A stretch of DNA of 64,000 bases from NCBI GenBank assembly GCA_977017575.1, contig CDRNVI010000066.1, positions 124,001-188,000 on the forward strand, in the 5' to 3' direction. This document shows positions 19,901 to 30,505 of the stretch, one piece after another. This DNA comes from Paramoeba atlantica (lineage: Eukaryota > Protista > Discosea). Below the pieces are notes generated by a model. It was given only the letters and a program-made list of their open reading frames with translations, did no database searches and was not told the origin of the DNA. Positions within the stretch are counted from its first letter, which is position 1; each line of letters begins with the position of its first letter. Made by a program: the position numbers and the translations under genes.

Positions 19901-21144
19901 TTGACATTCATAGTTCGAAGACCGTCCACTTGATCTTGAATAAGGGAAACAAGCGGGGATATCACGATGGTTACGCCTCTTGAAGCACCGACCAAGGTTG
20001 GAAGTTGGTAGCACAGACTTTTACCACCGCCCGTAGGCAGCAGCACAAAAGCATCTTTCCCACTCAATGTTGCGTTAATCGCCTCTTCCTGTAGTGGACG
20101 AAATTTGTGCAGCCCGAATATGTCGCGGAGTAGGCCATGTACTTCCTGAGTCCATGGGCAGTGAACGAATTCGTTAGATTCATGCTGAGAGCTATTGGTG
20201 GTTTTTGAGCTTTTGTTCACATTTTCGTGATGTTTGTTTTCTATCAGTGTCCCGGATGTCTTGTTTAAGGAAGATTCGCAACGTTCTGGTAAGGTTACAT
20301 TCTCCCAACTAAACGCATCTCGGACTCTTTGTTGAATGAGTGGGTTGGTAGAATTCCAATTGGTTCCATTTCTGACACTATTATGGCTTGAATTAGATTC
20401 GGGTGCCAATCCACTGCATTCAGACTTTTGTTCATGGGATTCGTAACGTGATGAATTTAATTCTTGCAATTGACACATGAGAGCTTCGTGTTTTTTATTT
20501 TCTTGATCTATTTCATAATCTATCCGACTTATTTCATTCTCCAGGGCCGTCCATTCATTTCCCGCTCCATGTGAAAGATCTATCGATGGTTTTCTCATGA
20601 AAAGTTGCGCTTTTTCAGCGTGCAGCTGTGATATTTTGGTCAAGACCTGCTGTACTTCATACTTGACTGCGACGGCAGAAGTAGAGGCAGTATGACTGTC
20701 GTGGCCTTCGATGCTATTTTTTTGAACATAGGGTTTGTTCCATTTCGTCGAACTGTTCAGAGCAGGATTTGGGTAGGGCGTTGACACCTTTTCCGATTTA
20801 TTCACAGAGGGAACAGTATGTGCATCATCGATATGAGTTTTCGTACTTTTGTGCCGGGCTATACACTCCTTTTTCTTTTCGTAATATGCCTCAAAGGATA
20901 GGATATCTTCCTGTTTAAGATCGGGCCAGCAAAGATTGGGATCTAACTGATCGTTAGACATTATCTTTTTGTTTTCCTCGGCTCGGCCTCTCTGAATAGT
21001 ATTCGTAAGTGGATAAAGAAATTTTTCTTCACTCGTTCGCAATTCTACATCGTCGAATGCACTACAGCTTTTTCTGTCAACTGCATCTGGTACGTCCCTC
21101 TTCTCTAAGAATTTCAAAGCGGCGACAAAGTTATTTTGCATCAA
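16945..21144 (-). CDS. RECQ: RecQ-family DNA helicase (BLM/Sgs1-like) with RQC and HRDC regions
   Basis: LPTGGGKSLCYQLP, DEAHCISQWGHDFRPDY, ATIAFGMGINKPDVRFV, YQESGRAGRD, Zn-binding CRR...CDVC, HRDC-like VQGFGKIKLKKYGRPFL. Confidence 0.95.
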   Translation of the reverse strand: MMQNNFVAALKFLEKRDVPDAVDRKSCSAFDDVELRTSEEKFLYPLTNTIQRGRAEENKKIMSNDQLDPNLCWPDLKQEDILSFEAYYEKKKECIARHKSTKTHIDDAHTVPSVNKSEKVSTPYPNPALNSSTKWNKPYVQKNSIEGHDSHTASTSAVAVKYEVQQVLTKISQLHAEKAQLFMRKPSIDLSHGAGNEWTALENEISRIDYEIDQENKKHEALMCQLQELNSSRYESHEQKSECSGLAPESNSSHNSVRNGTNWNSTNPLIQQRVRDAFSWENVTLPERCESSLNKTSGTLIENKHHENVNKSSKTTNSSQHESNEFVHCPWTQEVHGLLRDIFGLHKFRPLQEEAINATLSGKDAFVLLPTGGGKSLCYQLPTLVGASRGVTIVISPLVSLIQDQVDGLRTMNVNAAALTGQAKDTVKKKIYEEWGKWERGGYEDEEHTYHVLVYTTPEMFGRSDNLINKLQALYRKGKLHRIVIDEAHCISQWGHDFRPDYKKLGMLKDLFPNCPLMALTATATSMVLEDVLTLLHIPNAKVFRGSFNRPNLRYQIIHKAKKEDDVSSLILSKYKGQCGIVYCLSQKDTEKMAQDLRSKGINAGHYHAASSGKVAAQEDWTRGKIHVICATIAFGMGINKPDVRFVIHAMMPKSMEGFYQESGRAGRDMKPSDCILFYSPSSKSRLERLIAISNTTSAMAKFYQKQLHHMITFVTEDTVCRRKQQLDFFGEVVNDAWFCLTDTENLRCDVCDSKVKEGWKVEHVPVAPHVSRLIHILGLLGNCTARQLTSAYRGTESGVGKVNAKKIRDIKASGRHNTEAFGLGSDQKVEWIDQIIQNLVTWEYVTEELLAQKVPGGFDVVSTLLSLSSTGNSIHKLGASALRNVEFTRKCVIPQRKGGQKKVPPVPASGSGESLSVKRGARENKRPLVSDSNDRSNTLNFETRAKSFRPVELSKDFENATELNKYTTAGNSTSNTLYLEQMQQLRQNLRAQLADLRRDVALEENIREYNLLSNPALDELADLIFNDHGPTVEEIGNVQGFGKIKLKKYGRPFLELVRGFRAKWLKDCDADVTEAELELLGSQTVTVVRARPFPKNQIIDASDDDSTQTSGRKYESTQAHLSIAKDVTPTRNNIATQPAGFSFIMAPQQSIDSSTNHSRSRLGADLTASYAPTSGTPPAHIASSGHSSNIGDNSTRVCETFTPAREISLITPPSRFSVQSVSSDTSKTSARKIPAPPHYETGQRIISPVAMKGGVTPCPAVSSSKQVPEKHVQVSSSRADGASVAHSKQIARKNPRESISPVPVNLNTRLSPEDGTRKVPLKRPIVLVSATEVASELALTPQLHNTTNTALNIRAETSATSVDDDSSPSRYSAASSMATACDVADTNALDETNFPTPE

Positions 21145-21473
21145 AAGGAAGAAAATAATGCATATAATCGTACTACAGTAGAACTACTGTACAAATATAC
21201 AATACTTGAACGTAAAGTAGATGTTTAACGCTTGTTGGGATATTTTGAGGTTTATACCGAATATGATTTTTAATGATGATACTCAACGGCCTTCGATACC
21301 TTTTTTCCATACTACATTGCATACGCCACCTATGCGGATATGGTTCATGGTAACTGTGGTAACGATCGCACAACACAAATAAAAAGGTTTCTTGAAACGT
21401 TTCTAATGTTATCGAGCTCCTGAGTAATTTTCGTCCTCTTTTCAAAACAGAGATCTTCGAAGATGCCGTTTGC

Positions 21474-24400
21474 TTAGCGTCTTTCCCTCTTGGAGGCTGT
21501 GCTGCTAGCTACAGGGTTCGATACTTCGCTCTTGTCAATATCTGATATCTTACTAGTTCTTTTTTTGACTCTCGTTTTTCCTCCCATGTACGAATATTCC
21601 TCACTCATATTTTTCGTTTCCACGGCATACGTGGGAACACGCTTCTGGTACTGCAGGCACTCCTCAATGTGCATAGCACGAATTTCTTGCAAGGTGTCTC
21701 CAGCGATGTGTTTTATAGTAGAACGGACGTAATCCAAGTGCTTTTCACAATGCTCTAATTCTGTACTCTTGTCAGACAAAACGGAGACAAACGCAAGATT
21801 TTCTTGCTGTGCGTACTCGTCCATAAATATTTCAATTTTCTCGCGCAAGCTCAAATGTATAGAATGTAAGCATTCACAAATTGGGTCAAACGAAAGCAAT
21901 GTATGTAATTTTTTCGCTCTGTTCTTTTCTCCCTTGGTGTACAGACCAGCTGGTTGATCATATTCATCTTGTTTTTCAGCGAGTGCTTCCTGTTCTGAAG
22001 TTGGAACGCTTATTTTGGATAAACATTCTGCCGTCGAGCGGAATCGCAGAAGAAAGTCGTACTGATGCGTGGGAGCGCTAAACAATCTTCGAAAGACTTT
22101 CGTACTTAACAAAATTTCGTGTGCTTGATTGTAGCCAAGTTGATTCATGTAGGCGAATATACTTCGCAGAGCAGATCTACATATTCTGACGCAACGGAGC
22201 ATTATTCTTGGTTCCAGATTCAGTGTGAATGGAGAGTCTTCACTGTAATTAGTGACTATATGGACGCATCGATCATTTGACAGTTTTCTTTGCGATGTTT
22301 TATGTTCAGATGCATTGATTATGTAGCGGCATGTATCCCATCGAAAGGATGCTACAGAAAATAATGTTGACAGAATACCTCGAAGAAAGCTTCGTGGCAA
22401 GCATCTATTCGGCAAATCAAACTGTTCGGCGGAGGGAAAGTATTGAGACGCGACAAATAGTTCGATAGTTTCATCAGAAATATATGGCTGGAGAAGTTGC
22501 GCTGAAAATAACCTTTTTAAAAACTGTATTACTAGAGAGGCCGTGGGATGAGTTGTAGTCAAAAGTTTTATCTCCTTATGATGTTGCGGCAAATGCAAGA
22601 AGTCACGCTCCATGTTGGCAGCATCAGTTGGCCCATCTTCCAAGCGTAAAAGCTGGATCAGCCTCGGATAAAATAATTGAACACGAAATACGAAGCCAAC
22701 AACTACCACGTTGACATGGTTGTCCCCCACATTGCATACCATGCCATATCTTTTTCGTAAAATGTTGGCCAGTTCAAGATGCAGAGAAGACAACACGCAG
22801 CTGCACGCTTTTGCGTGGTCGGGCCACATACTATGCTTTCCTAGGGTTACTACAACTGAAATAATGGATGGTTTTCCACGCTGAGTTAGGTTTTCGTCGA
22901 CATTAAAGTCTTTCGATTCCTTTACATGGATCAGATATTTATGCGGACGCGGTGCCCACACTGCACAGTTTCGCAGAGAAGCGTGTGTTGCATCGACACC
23001 TTCTATACTTACTGGAAATCCAGAGTCAGATACTGACTCTATACACCCTTTTAATTTGTTAAAACTTACTAATAAAAGTTGGTTTAATTTGGCCTGGGCC
23101 TCGATTGTTTTTCGCTTTGGAACAGAGGTTTCCTTCCCTTCTGTTTGGAACGTCCACATCGTTTCGTCATTAGGACTCGATCTCAAAATAATTTCGCGAT
23201 CAACATCAAACCCATAAACGAGTTGTGGAGGTATACCCCGATGGCGCTCCCACACGTCTTGCACAATTTGTAAGAATATTTCCTCAATACTTCCCGAGGG
23301 AAATACTCGAGCTGCACGAATCACACCGTCCGAAAACTGGCGATGATCAGTATTTGGCCCCCAGAAAGACTTGAAGGATTCTATCTCATCACGCTCTTCA
23401 ATTGTTGGACCCTTTACCACTCGAGATCCAATGATCGGACTGTCTTGCAGCTGCAGTCCAAATACTACAGTCCAGTAAGGCTCTTGAGAGTTCTTGCTTC
23501 GCATTTGTTCGTTCGATAAAAATATTTTCGAACTATGCCACTTAATTCTGTCTTTGAACGCCACATCTAATAGTTCTCCAAGACCGAGGACAAACTCGCT
23601 CATCGGCACAGAAGGTGATGGGGGCTTTAAGAGTTTGATCCCCAAAAATAAATCGTGAGCCATCCAAAATTGGTCTATTTTCCGAGTAACGGAAAGAAAA
23701 GAATCGGTAACCTCATTCAGAGTCTCTTTTGGTTGAAGCATTTTCATTATTACGCGAACGATTTCTAGTAAAAGCTGGAAAGAGTTCTTCCCAAAACGAA
23801 ACGCAGGATTGTAATTGGCGATCGGCTTTCTGCATAAGAGTTTCTGCTCTTCACCGACATTACCACTCGTCGTCAGATGTTTAATCGCATGTTCTACTTT
23901 CTCAGCACTGTCCAAGCTACGCAAAAACTGGTAGACAATTTCTTTTTTCGATCTTTCCGAAATGTTAAAGTTACGCGTAAAGCTACAGAGTAATTCAGTG
24001 ATAATGGTTGATGTGATTTCGGGAGTGACAGTAAACTTTGCAAACGTTTCCTTTATATCTGTAAGAATTGTGACTAAAATAGGATGCTGTTTCAAGATTG
24101 CGTGTGCCTTCGCCAATTGCGACTCCATAGTAGCATCTTCCGCTATAATTTTCCAGTAGAAAGAATCTCGATGTTTACTCAACAGTCGATTTTGAATAGT
24201 TAGATTATTCAGGGGCCCTCGCACAATGTTTTGAGAAGCTGCTGGATGAATCCGAATAGCAAAATTTCGCTCAGGTAAATTGCTTGCTATCCACACCACT
24301 TCGACACATGTCTTTTCGGCATGTGCAAGGCATACCTGCACGTGACAACCGTTTTTATCACTGCCGTTGCTTTGGTCCAAGTGACAGCGGAGTCTATCCC

Positions 24401-24659
24401 GTAACCAAGACACATATAGGGAGCGACAAGTAAGGTAACGGTGCTTGCATAGGTCTTCTTTAGAACAAAAGCACTCAGGCATGTACGCGACAAGGTCAAC
24501 ATTTCGACGTGAAGGACAAATGGTTCGCAAAATAAAACTTCCTATGACTGCAACACGCGTCGGGGTATTGTGGTCCGAATCTGACTTCAAGAGCGTGTCC
24601 CTAACTTGATGTATCCGGGCTTCGATACAACTGATGTAACTGGAATCATCCCACTCCAT
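21474..24659 (-). CDS. NOL6: Nrap family nucleolar protein (NOL6/UTP22)
   Basis: VIGSF...NVDLVAYMP, YLTCRSLY, FKSFWGPNTDHRQFSDGVI, WPDHAKA, GFVFRV, KRLFSAQLL...ETIELFVA motifs of the Nrap family. Confidence 0.88.
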   Translation of the reverse strand: MEWDDSSYISCIEARIHQVRDTLLKSDSDHNTPTRVAVIGSFILRTICPSRRNVDLVAYMPECFCSKEDLCKHRYLTCRSLYVSWLRDRLRCHLDQSNGSDKNGCHVQVCLAHAEKTCVEVVWIASNLPERNFAIRIHPAASQNIVRGPLNNLTIQNRLLSKHRDSFYWKIIAEDATMESQLAKAHAILKQHPILVTILTDIKETFAKFTVTPEITSTIITELLCSFTRNFNISERSKKEIVYQFLRSLDSAEKVEHAIKHLTTSGNVGEEQKLLCRKPIANYNPAFRFGKNSFQLLLEIVRVIMKMLQPKETLNEVTDSFLSVTRKIDQFWMAHDLFLGIKLLKPPSPSVPMSEFVLGLGELLDVAFKDRIKWHSSKIFLSNEQMRSKNSQEPYWTVVFGLQLQDSPIIGSRVVKGPTIEERDEIESFKSFWGPNTDHRQFSDGVIRAARVFPSGSIEEIFLQIVQDVWERHRGIPPQLVYGFDVDREIILRSSPNDETMWTFQTEGKETSVPKRKTIEAQAKLNQLLLVSFNKLKGCIESVSDSGFPVSIEGVDATHASLRNCAVWAPRPHKYLIHVKESKDFNVDENLTQRGKPSIISVVVTLGKHSMWPDHAKACSCVLSSLHLELANILRKRYGMVCNVGDNHVNVVVVGFVFRVQLFYPRLIQLLRLEDGPTDAANMERDFLHLPQHHKEIKLLTTTHPTASLVIQFLKRLFSAQLLQPYISDETIELFVASQYFPSAEQFDLPNRCLPRSFLRGILSTLFSVASFRWDTCRYIINASEHKTSQRKLSNDRCVHIVTNYSEDSPFTLNLEPRIMLRCVRICRSALRSIFAYMNQLGYNQAHEILLSTKVFRRLFSAPTHQYDFLLRFRSTAECLSKISVPTSEQEALAEKQDEYDQPAGLYTKGEKNRAKKLHTLLSFDPICECLHSIHLSLREKIEIFMDEYAQQENLAFVSVLSDKSTELEHCEKHLDYVRSTIKHIAGDTLQEIRAMHIEECLQYQKRVPTYAVETKNMSEEYSYMGGKTRVKKRTSKISDIDKSEVSNPVASSTASKRERR

Positions 24660-25002
24660 GATTTCGAAAAGAGATTCAAATTAAGCGTGGAAAGAAAACT
24701 CTAGTAAACTGGAAATTCAGTTAACACGTTTTAAGCACCCATAATGGTGTTAAGCACCAATTAGAAACAGAATTATGTAGGTATTACATGTCAGCACCGC
24801 TCCGCCATGAAACTTGTGAACTCAAACCACATGCTTTTTTTCCTTCATAAACGGGAGTGGACACATTGACAAAAAAGTATAGAATTCCAATGTGTACATA
24901 AAGAAGAAATACGTTCTTATTTACGCACATAAACAAGCCCATTTTGTTATCTCATTGCGGGTTTACCTAATGGCATGTTTTGTAATCGCTTAACAGTGCT
25001 TA

Positions 25003-28000
25003 TTACAACTTAGATTGTGGCCCTTTATCATTGTTTTGTTGGCGGGCCACGTGTTCTGTCTCTTCTGCAAGCGTCATCATAGCCCGCGGAAGATGAGAGA
25101 TAGACGCGACTTCTAAATCTTGCTCTGAATCGCTCTTGAGACCTTCAATGTATCGAAGCTCATCGTGGTAGGTTTCGAAACGAAAAGCAACGCGAACACC
25201 AGGGACGTGAGAGCTACCTACTTGGTTTCCACGGCAGCTGCTGAGATAATAATCAGATCCTAACCATTTCTTTTTTTGCTCATGAGAAAAACCACAGTGA
25301 AGAACGGAGTATCGCGCAAGTTCACACATATCGGTAGCAGAAAGCTTAAATATTTTTGCTGCAATGGAGTACTCCTCGATGAGCGGCTGTGACGTATGAT
25401 GAAATTGTAAGGGATCATCTGTACTGAGAGACACGGCTAGACCGCGCTTGAAGAAATACGGAAAGGGGTTCTTCGTGTATCGTAGGCAAATGCTGTTGTT
25501 ACTTAGAGGTGAAACAGCAATAGGAATTTGTGCCAAGTAAAATAAGTATTGTAGCGGAGCGTTGGAACGTAAATTAATTCCATGGTTAATTCCCGTCGCC
25601 AGAAGGAATCCGTCTATTAAATGGTTTGATGATCCACTTTCGCCGCAATGCGGACGAAAAGAAAAGCTACCTAGACCCTTTTGCTCACGATAAGCATTGA
25701 GGCTTTGCAGGTTCGCCCAAAGATAGTACATCCAGTACCAGTACGGGGGGTTATTTTCTCGAGTCCACTGATGTGGAAAAATTCTAATTGCCTCTCTACT
25801 TTTTCCAGGAGTGTAGTCCAGCACTGACTCATTATCCACAGAATCGAATCCTGATATGTGTTGCAGAAAATTGTGTAGGTCAGGGTCTGATGAAACATCG
25901 ATACTCACTTCCCAAAGGGGCAAAAAGATATTTTCTAACAACTCTGCAAAGCTGGTGACTTCTTGGGCTTTTCGATACTCTTGATAAATGCGGGGAATTT
26001 GAATCAGAAATCGATTACTTTTCGAACTCATTCCATGACTCATAAACCAGTGGGCCAACTTACTCCACTCATCGCGTTTACGACCGTAGATAGATACGCG
26101 AAGCTCGGTGTACGAGAATTGATTTTTCAAATTCTTGCGAAAAACACGCTTTATAATCTCGGCGATGTAGCGGCCCCCGACAGCGTTATCCGTCTTGAGA
26201 AATAGTTTTCGTAGAGCAGGGAGACCCAAAGGGTTGTATTTAGAATTGAAGGTGTCAAACCGTTCCCAAACGCTGCGATCTGCTTGTACGTCAAGCGCAT
26301 CTACAGTTAGCGATTCCACGTCCTGTACTTGAAGTTGTTGTTGAAGTTCTGCTAAGCTTGTCGTACGGTCGTCCAGAACAATATCATCACCGTGATTGGT
26401 AAATTGTTCTTTTACGTAGTCTAACATTTCCTTTGCTGTCATACCTGCAGCCATGTGGCAGTGTGTATCAACCTTTATAGTATGATATAAGTCCCTGTGA
26501 TCCTGACGGGTCTCCTTGATACCCTTTTCTTTCTCGAGTTCAGCGTTTAGAGCCTCATGAAGTTCGAATTTCGATAGCAATACATTTAGCCGTCTGCGAC
26601 AGAGGTTCTGCAAGGAAGGATTATCAAGTATGTTTTGTATTCTGCTGAAGTCGTCATAGTACTCCGATACGAATGGTAAATGGTGAAGAAACGTGCATGT
26701 CCAAATACCTTGTACGTATCGCACTGAATTTGAAGAGTTGAATACCGATATTTTAGCATCGGCTCCTTCCATCGAAGCATGATTTTTCGAACGAAGTCCG
26801 GAAAGTGATAATCGTGCAACTGGAGAAAAGGACAGTGTTTCGCTTAATGAGTCTTGTTTTTCACATTGAAAGGAAAAGTATTTCTTCCGAAGATCTAAGG
26901 CATGTCGCAGTAACTTGTACAGTGAAGGCGCACAAGCTTGAGAACTTCGTGCTTCTTTTGATACTTGTCGCGAAAGATCATGACGAGCAACGCTTTGACG
27001 AGGTGAAACATGAACACGTATAAAAGGTCGGGCATTTGTATCAAGAACTCTCTTAGTTTCTTCGAAACATTCTGATCGAGTTTCTCCTGTAATAGCGGCC
27101 GGTTTACTACTCGAAGATTCAGGCACTGATTGCGCGTCCGGGCACTCTGTAAGTTGATTTGTTCTTAACAAAAAGTGTTCATGGAATAAACAAGCTTTTC
27201 TAAATTCGTCTCGGCCATAGAGAATTTCGTCCAGTGCTATGTAATTTTCACAATCAGCTTTTGGATGCGTGGAATTCATGTTGCAGTGTTCCGAAAGGTG
27301 GTTCAGCATACGTATCCCAGCGTTACACATTTCAAAAACATCGATGGAGTTCACTCGTCCTGTGTTTCTAGCCGCGTCATATTCTTCCAGTAGCGCATCA
27401 ATGTGATTGTAACGTTGCAATGGGTCTTCAGTACATAAAGAAAGCTGGAGCCCAGCGCTCAGCAAGTATTCCATAACAGGCTCCGCATTACTATGTCGAC
27501 CGCGAAGAGACAATGTAAGATAAATTTGGTGCAAATAGAACAGGTAGCATAGCAGTGGGTGCTTTGTTAGAGTTGTTGCATGAGCAACCTGGTCACATAG
27601 TAGGTAAGACGTTGCAAGGAGCCAAACATCAACATTTTCTTCGCAGGAAAACCAGAGCTGAGGTGACGACGTACAGCGATGCAATTGGACATCTGATGAC
27701 GTTGTTGCTTTGTAGGCCTTTAGAGCTTCCAAATGCACAGACATGTAAAACAGTAATACTGGTGGAGCGACTATGCTGCCTGCTAAATATTTTCGAGGCC
27801 TGCGAAACGTATGAAGATGACCACCAGATGTTCCGGACACACTGAAAGAAACTACCTTGTCCAAGACCGGGAGAGCCCAATCCCACTCAGGGTTTCCACC
27901 ATAGGACTCAAAAAAAGGCTCAAAAATATTTTGAAGCTGTGAGTGGAAGTTATCTACCTCCATAGGCACTTTACCACTTATTTGAATCGAGAACGTCACA

Positions 28001-28878
28001 CTTGGACGAGATTTCGCTATGTTTAAAGCAAAGTCTATGACTGTACGCCACTCATTTCTACCTGTGCCATGAACTAAAAGTGATAAATTGAGTGAGCATG
28101 CTGGGTCTGTTTTTTCCAACAAGGCTATGACTCCTTCGGAAAGGTATGGTGAATCGTAGCGCAGCACGTGACGCAATAAATCTTTTGATCCCTCATGTGG
28201 GCGTACTTTCTGCATGCCAAAGTCATCTAGTGTCCGCTGATGAGATTTAGCCTGCAGTAATATGCCAAGGCTTTCGGCAGATACTGTTGTGTCAGTACGA
28301 ATTTTGCGACATAATGACTTCAGTTGTTCATCTGTATCCTTGTTTAGTGCTTTCGTAATAGCGCTCATAATAGATATCTTCGAAGCAAAACGATCGGCAC
28401 GTACTCCAATATTAGCTCGGGTTGTTTGGTACCAAGGAGGACCTTTTTCGCAAACTAGAATATTTTCAACATCAATATTTAAGGCTTTGAAAAGTACGTA
28501 TTTCTGACGAAGAATGCGCAGCCGTCGTCTTGAGATAGCACGACATGGCCCATTTTGAGTCACTGAAACAAGTTGTAGCAAATGTTCATGAAAATTTTCG
28601 AATGCTTCAGCTACGATGGGATCATCAGTCAAGTTTGATGCGGTATAGGATTTTGATCTGTGTGCCACGCCGAAGCATAGTTTACTGGCTAGTTTTTTTG
28701 CCATGTGAAGAAGATTTAGACGCGAAGTGCGCCGTGCATCGTACGCTTCACTAATAAGTTGACGATGTTCCAAAGGAATGCCTCTTGTAAGCTCCACGTC
28801 TCCTGGTATCGAGATTGAAGTGTACGGATACGCTGAAGCATTCCGTTGTGCGCGATTAAGTGTTCCGTATTCTGTCAT
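25003..28878 (-). CDS. AMPD: AMP deaminase with degenerate N-terminal deaminase copy and intact C-terminal catalytic domain
   Basis: KVDTHCHMAAGM, FRPHCGESG, SLSTDDPLQFHHT in the C-terminal half; second decayed copy (YLFYLHQI...LSLCTEDPLQ...LLEEY) in the N-terminal half. Confidence 0.93.
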   Translation of the reverse strand: MTEYGTLNRAQRNASAYPYTSISIPGDVELTRGIPLEHRQLISEAYDARRTSRLNLLHMAKKLASKLCFGVAHRSKSYTASNLTDDPIVAEAFENFHEHLLQLVSVTQNGPCRAISRRRLRILRQKYVLFKALNIDVENILVCEKGPPWYQTTRANIGVRADRFASKISIMSAITKALNKDTDEQLKSLCRKIRTDTTVSAESLGILLQAKSHQRTLDDFGMQKVRPHEGSKDLLRHVLRYDSPYLSEGVIALLEKTDPACSLNLSLLVHGTGRNEWRTVIDFALNIAKSRPSVTFSIQISGKVPMEVDNFHSQLQNIFEPFFESYGGNPEWDWALPVLDKVVSFSVSGTSGGHLHTFRRPRKYLAGSIVAPPVLLFYMSVHLEALKAYKATTSSDVQLHRCTSSPQLWFSCEENVDVWLLATSYLLCDQVAHATTLTKHPLLCYLFYLHQIYLTLSLRGRHSNAEPVMEYLLSAGLQLSLCTEDPLQRYNHIDALLEEYDAARNTGRVNSIDVFEMCNAGIRMLNHLSEHCNMNSTHPKADCENYIALDEILYGRDEFRKACLFHEHFLLRTNQLTECPDAQSVPESSSSKPAAITGETRSECFEETKRVLDTNARPFIRVHVSPRQSVARHDLSRQVSKEARSSQACAPSLYKLLRHALDLRKKYFSFQCEKQDSLSETLSFSPVARLSLSGLRSKNHASMEGADAKISVFNSSNSVRYVQGIWTCTFLHHLPFVSEYYDDFSRIQNILDNPSLQNLCRRRLNVLLSKFELHEALNAELEKEKGIKETRQDHRDLYHTIKVDTHCHMAAGMTAKEMLDYVKEQFTNHGDDIVLDDRTTSLAELQQQLQVQDVESLTVDALDVQADRSVWERFDTFNSKYNPLGLPALRKLFLKTDNAVGGRYIAEIIKRVFRKNLKNQFSYTELRVSIYGRKRDEWSKLAHWFMSHGMSSKSNRFLIQIPRIYQEYRKAQEVTSFAELLENIFLPLWEVSIDVSSDPDLHNFLQHISGFDSVDNESVLDYTPGKSREAIRIFPHQWTRENNPPYWYWMYYLWANLQSLNAYREQKGLGSFSFRPHCGESGSSNHLIDGFLLATGINHGINLRSNAPLQYLFYLAQIPIAVSPLSNNSICLRYTKNPFPYFFKRGLAVSLSTDDPLQFHHTSQPLIEEYSIAAKIFKLSATDMCELARYSVLHCGFSHEQKKKWLGSDYYLSSCRGNQVGSSHVPGVRVAFRFETYHDELRYIEGLKSDSEQDLEVASISHLPRAMMTLAEETEHVARQQNNDKGPQSKL

Positions 28879-29136
28879 CGAATTTTATATACAAAAGACA
28901 CGATTTATAGCAAGAGAGTACAGTAAGCAATCAGAGTAGTTATAAATTAATATCGCGTGTTTTTAATATTTTAGTAAACACTTCGCACACAAAATTAATA
29001 GTCTATATAAGTCAGTTGGTTTGTGATATGAAATGCATAGATCGCCTGAACTGCTTCAGATCAGCATCTCGCAACTGATTGTTACGAAAGTTTTCCTAAG
29101 AATTTGATTTATATAGAAAATATTGTTACAATTCCC

Positions 29137-29823
29137 TTACATGAAATCATCGAGGTCTGTCTGACGTGTAACCTCCGAAGAATACGGATTTGCATCGGAG
29201 TATGTCACTTCACTCTTACATGACTTTTCATTACGCGGCATAACAGCTTCCGATTGGCAATCCGATAGCTTAGTCGCCTCATTGTCTGTGTAAAGCATCA
29301 TTTTTCTCTCCAGTAATTGCTTCTTTAGAGCGAAAATCACGGGGGAAGATGTATTTACTGCTTGTTCCCCATCCAACCCGGCTACTGTGACTGTTTTTAT
29401 ATAAGAAATCAAAAAAGCAGAAAAGTGTTTCTTAGAGGTTTCCCGAGACCGGCAAACTAGTGAAACTATATTTTGGTGTAATCGCGCATGTTCCTCTTCA
29501 GTCCTGGGCACAATTTCGTGCAAAAGAACAACGTTTTTCTGTGAGAGAGATTGCATATCCGTCCACTTTTCAGCTAATGCTCTGCGAAGCGCTTGGGTAT
29601 CCTCGCTCGCTTCCTCTGCGGAGCTCTCCTGCATAAGATCTTGGACGAGAGATGCCATTGCTCTGCTTTTTTCTTTTGCTTTCTTTTCTGCCAAATGCTT
29701 TTTTGTAAGAGAACGGTCTTCATCCTTTGATGTGGGTTCTTCGTCAAAATTCAAAAGCTCTGTCCAGTCACTGACAAGTGTGTTACCTTCAGCAAGCTCT
29801 TCGTCATAGTAGTATGTATCCAT
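29137..29823 (-). CDS. Probable translation initiation factor eIF3 subunit J (Hcr1-like)
   Basis: Acidic N-terminus with a W (SDWTELLNFDEE), Lys-rich linker, helical core (PRTEEEH...HFSAFL) and C-terminal DDFM typical of eIF3j. Confidence 0.55.
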   Translation of the reverse strand: MDTYYYDEELAEGNTLVSDWTELLNFDEEPTSKDEDRSLTKKHLAEKKAKEKSRAMASLVQDLMQESSAEEASEDTQALRRALAEKWTDMQSLSQKNVVLLHEIVPRTEEEHARLHQNIVSLVCRSRETSKKHFSAFLISYIKTVTVAGLDGEQAVNTSSPVIFALKKQLLERKMMLYTDNEATKLSDCQSEAVMPRNEKSCKSEVTYSDANPYSSEVTRQTDLDDFM

Positions 29824-30505
29824 CTCGTAAAATATATTATATCATTTTCGTAATATTCTATATTCTGCAAGTTAAAGCAACATTTTCCCACAAAAAACTA
29901 TAAAAGCATCTTTTTGAAAACACACCTAGCTATTTACAACGCTCAAAGATTCATACCTCAAAATAGATATCACGCTCCGTAGCTCGATATCATGGTCTTA
30001 GTTCCTGTACATTACCTTAGTTCATCTTTCTTTCCCCGGCAACAGGCACACTCTAACGATTGGAGTGAAGACTCCCGGGACCTTTCCGAAGAGACTAGGC
30101 GGTCGCGGTTGCCTCCATCGAGGACCGTGTCCTTAGCTGCCCGCGAGATCGGGTTCTCTGCATCTGGCGGTCGCCCAGCTCTCTGTACATCGGCTCTGTC
30201 ACAGCTCTCCGTACCCGGATTACCTCCGAGACTGTAATGCGGGATTATGGTTTATAACAAGTTCTAGGGTCACGAATTTCTGGAGGGTCTAAATATTGTA
30301 CCGTGAGAGTTCTTGAGTAACTCCTTCGGCACTCAATATATCTCGAAATTCTAAGATGTCAAAATAAGTCTCAACATTGAATTCGAAGGGACTTACTTCC
30401 CGGATAGCAAAGCGGATAGCAAAACCTCGATCATCAGCGCCCGAATGCTATCACAAGGAGCCGAAGCATCTATCTTCAAACTCTTCTGAAGACGTGAGAC
30501 CAGTG

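Noticed and set aside
30445-30489. MLSQGAEASIFK resembling the Bud32/PRPK N-terminus
   Set aside because: Only 14 codons before a stop, antisense to the host genes, with no kinase motifs following; likely chance.
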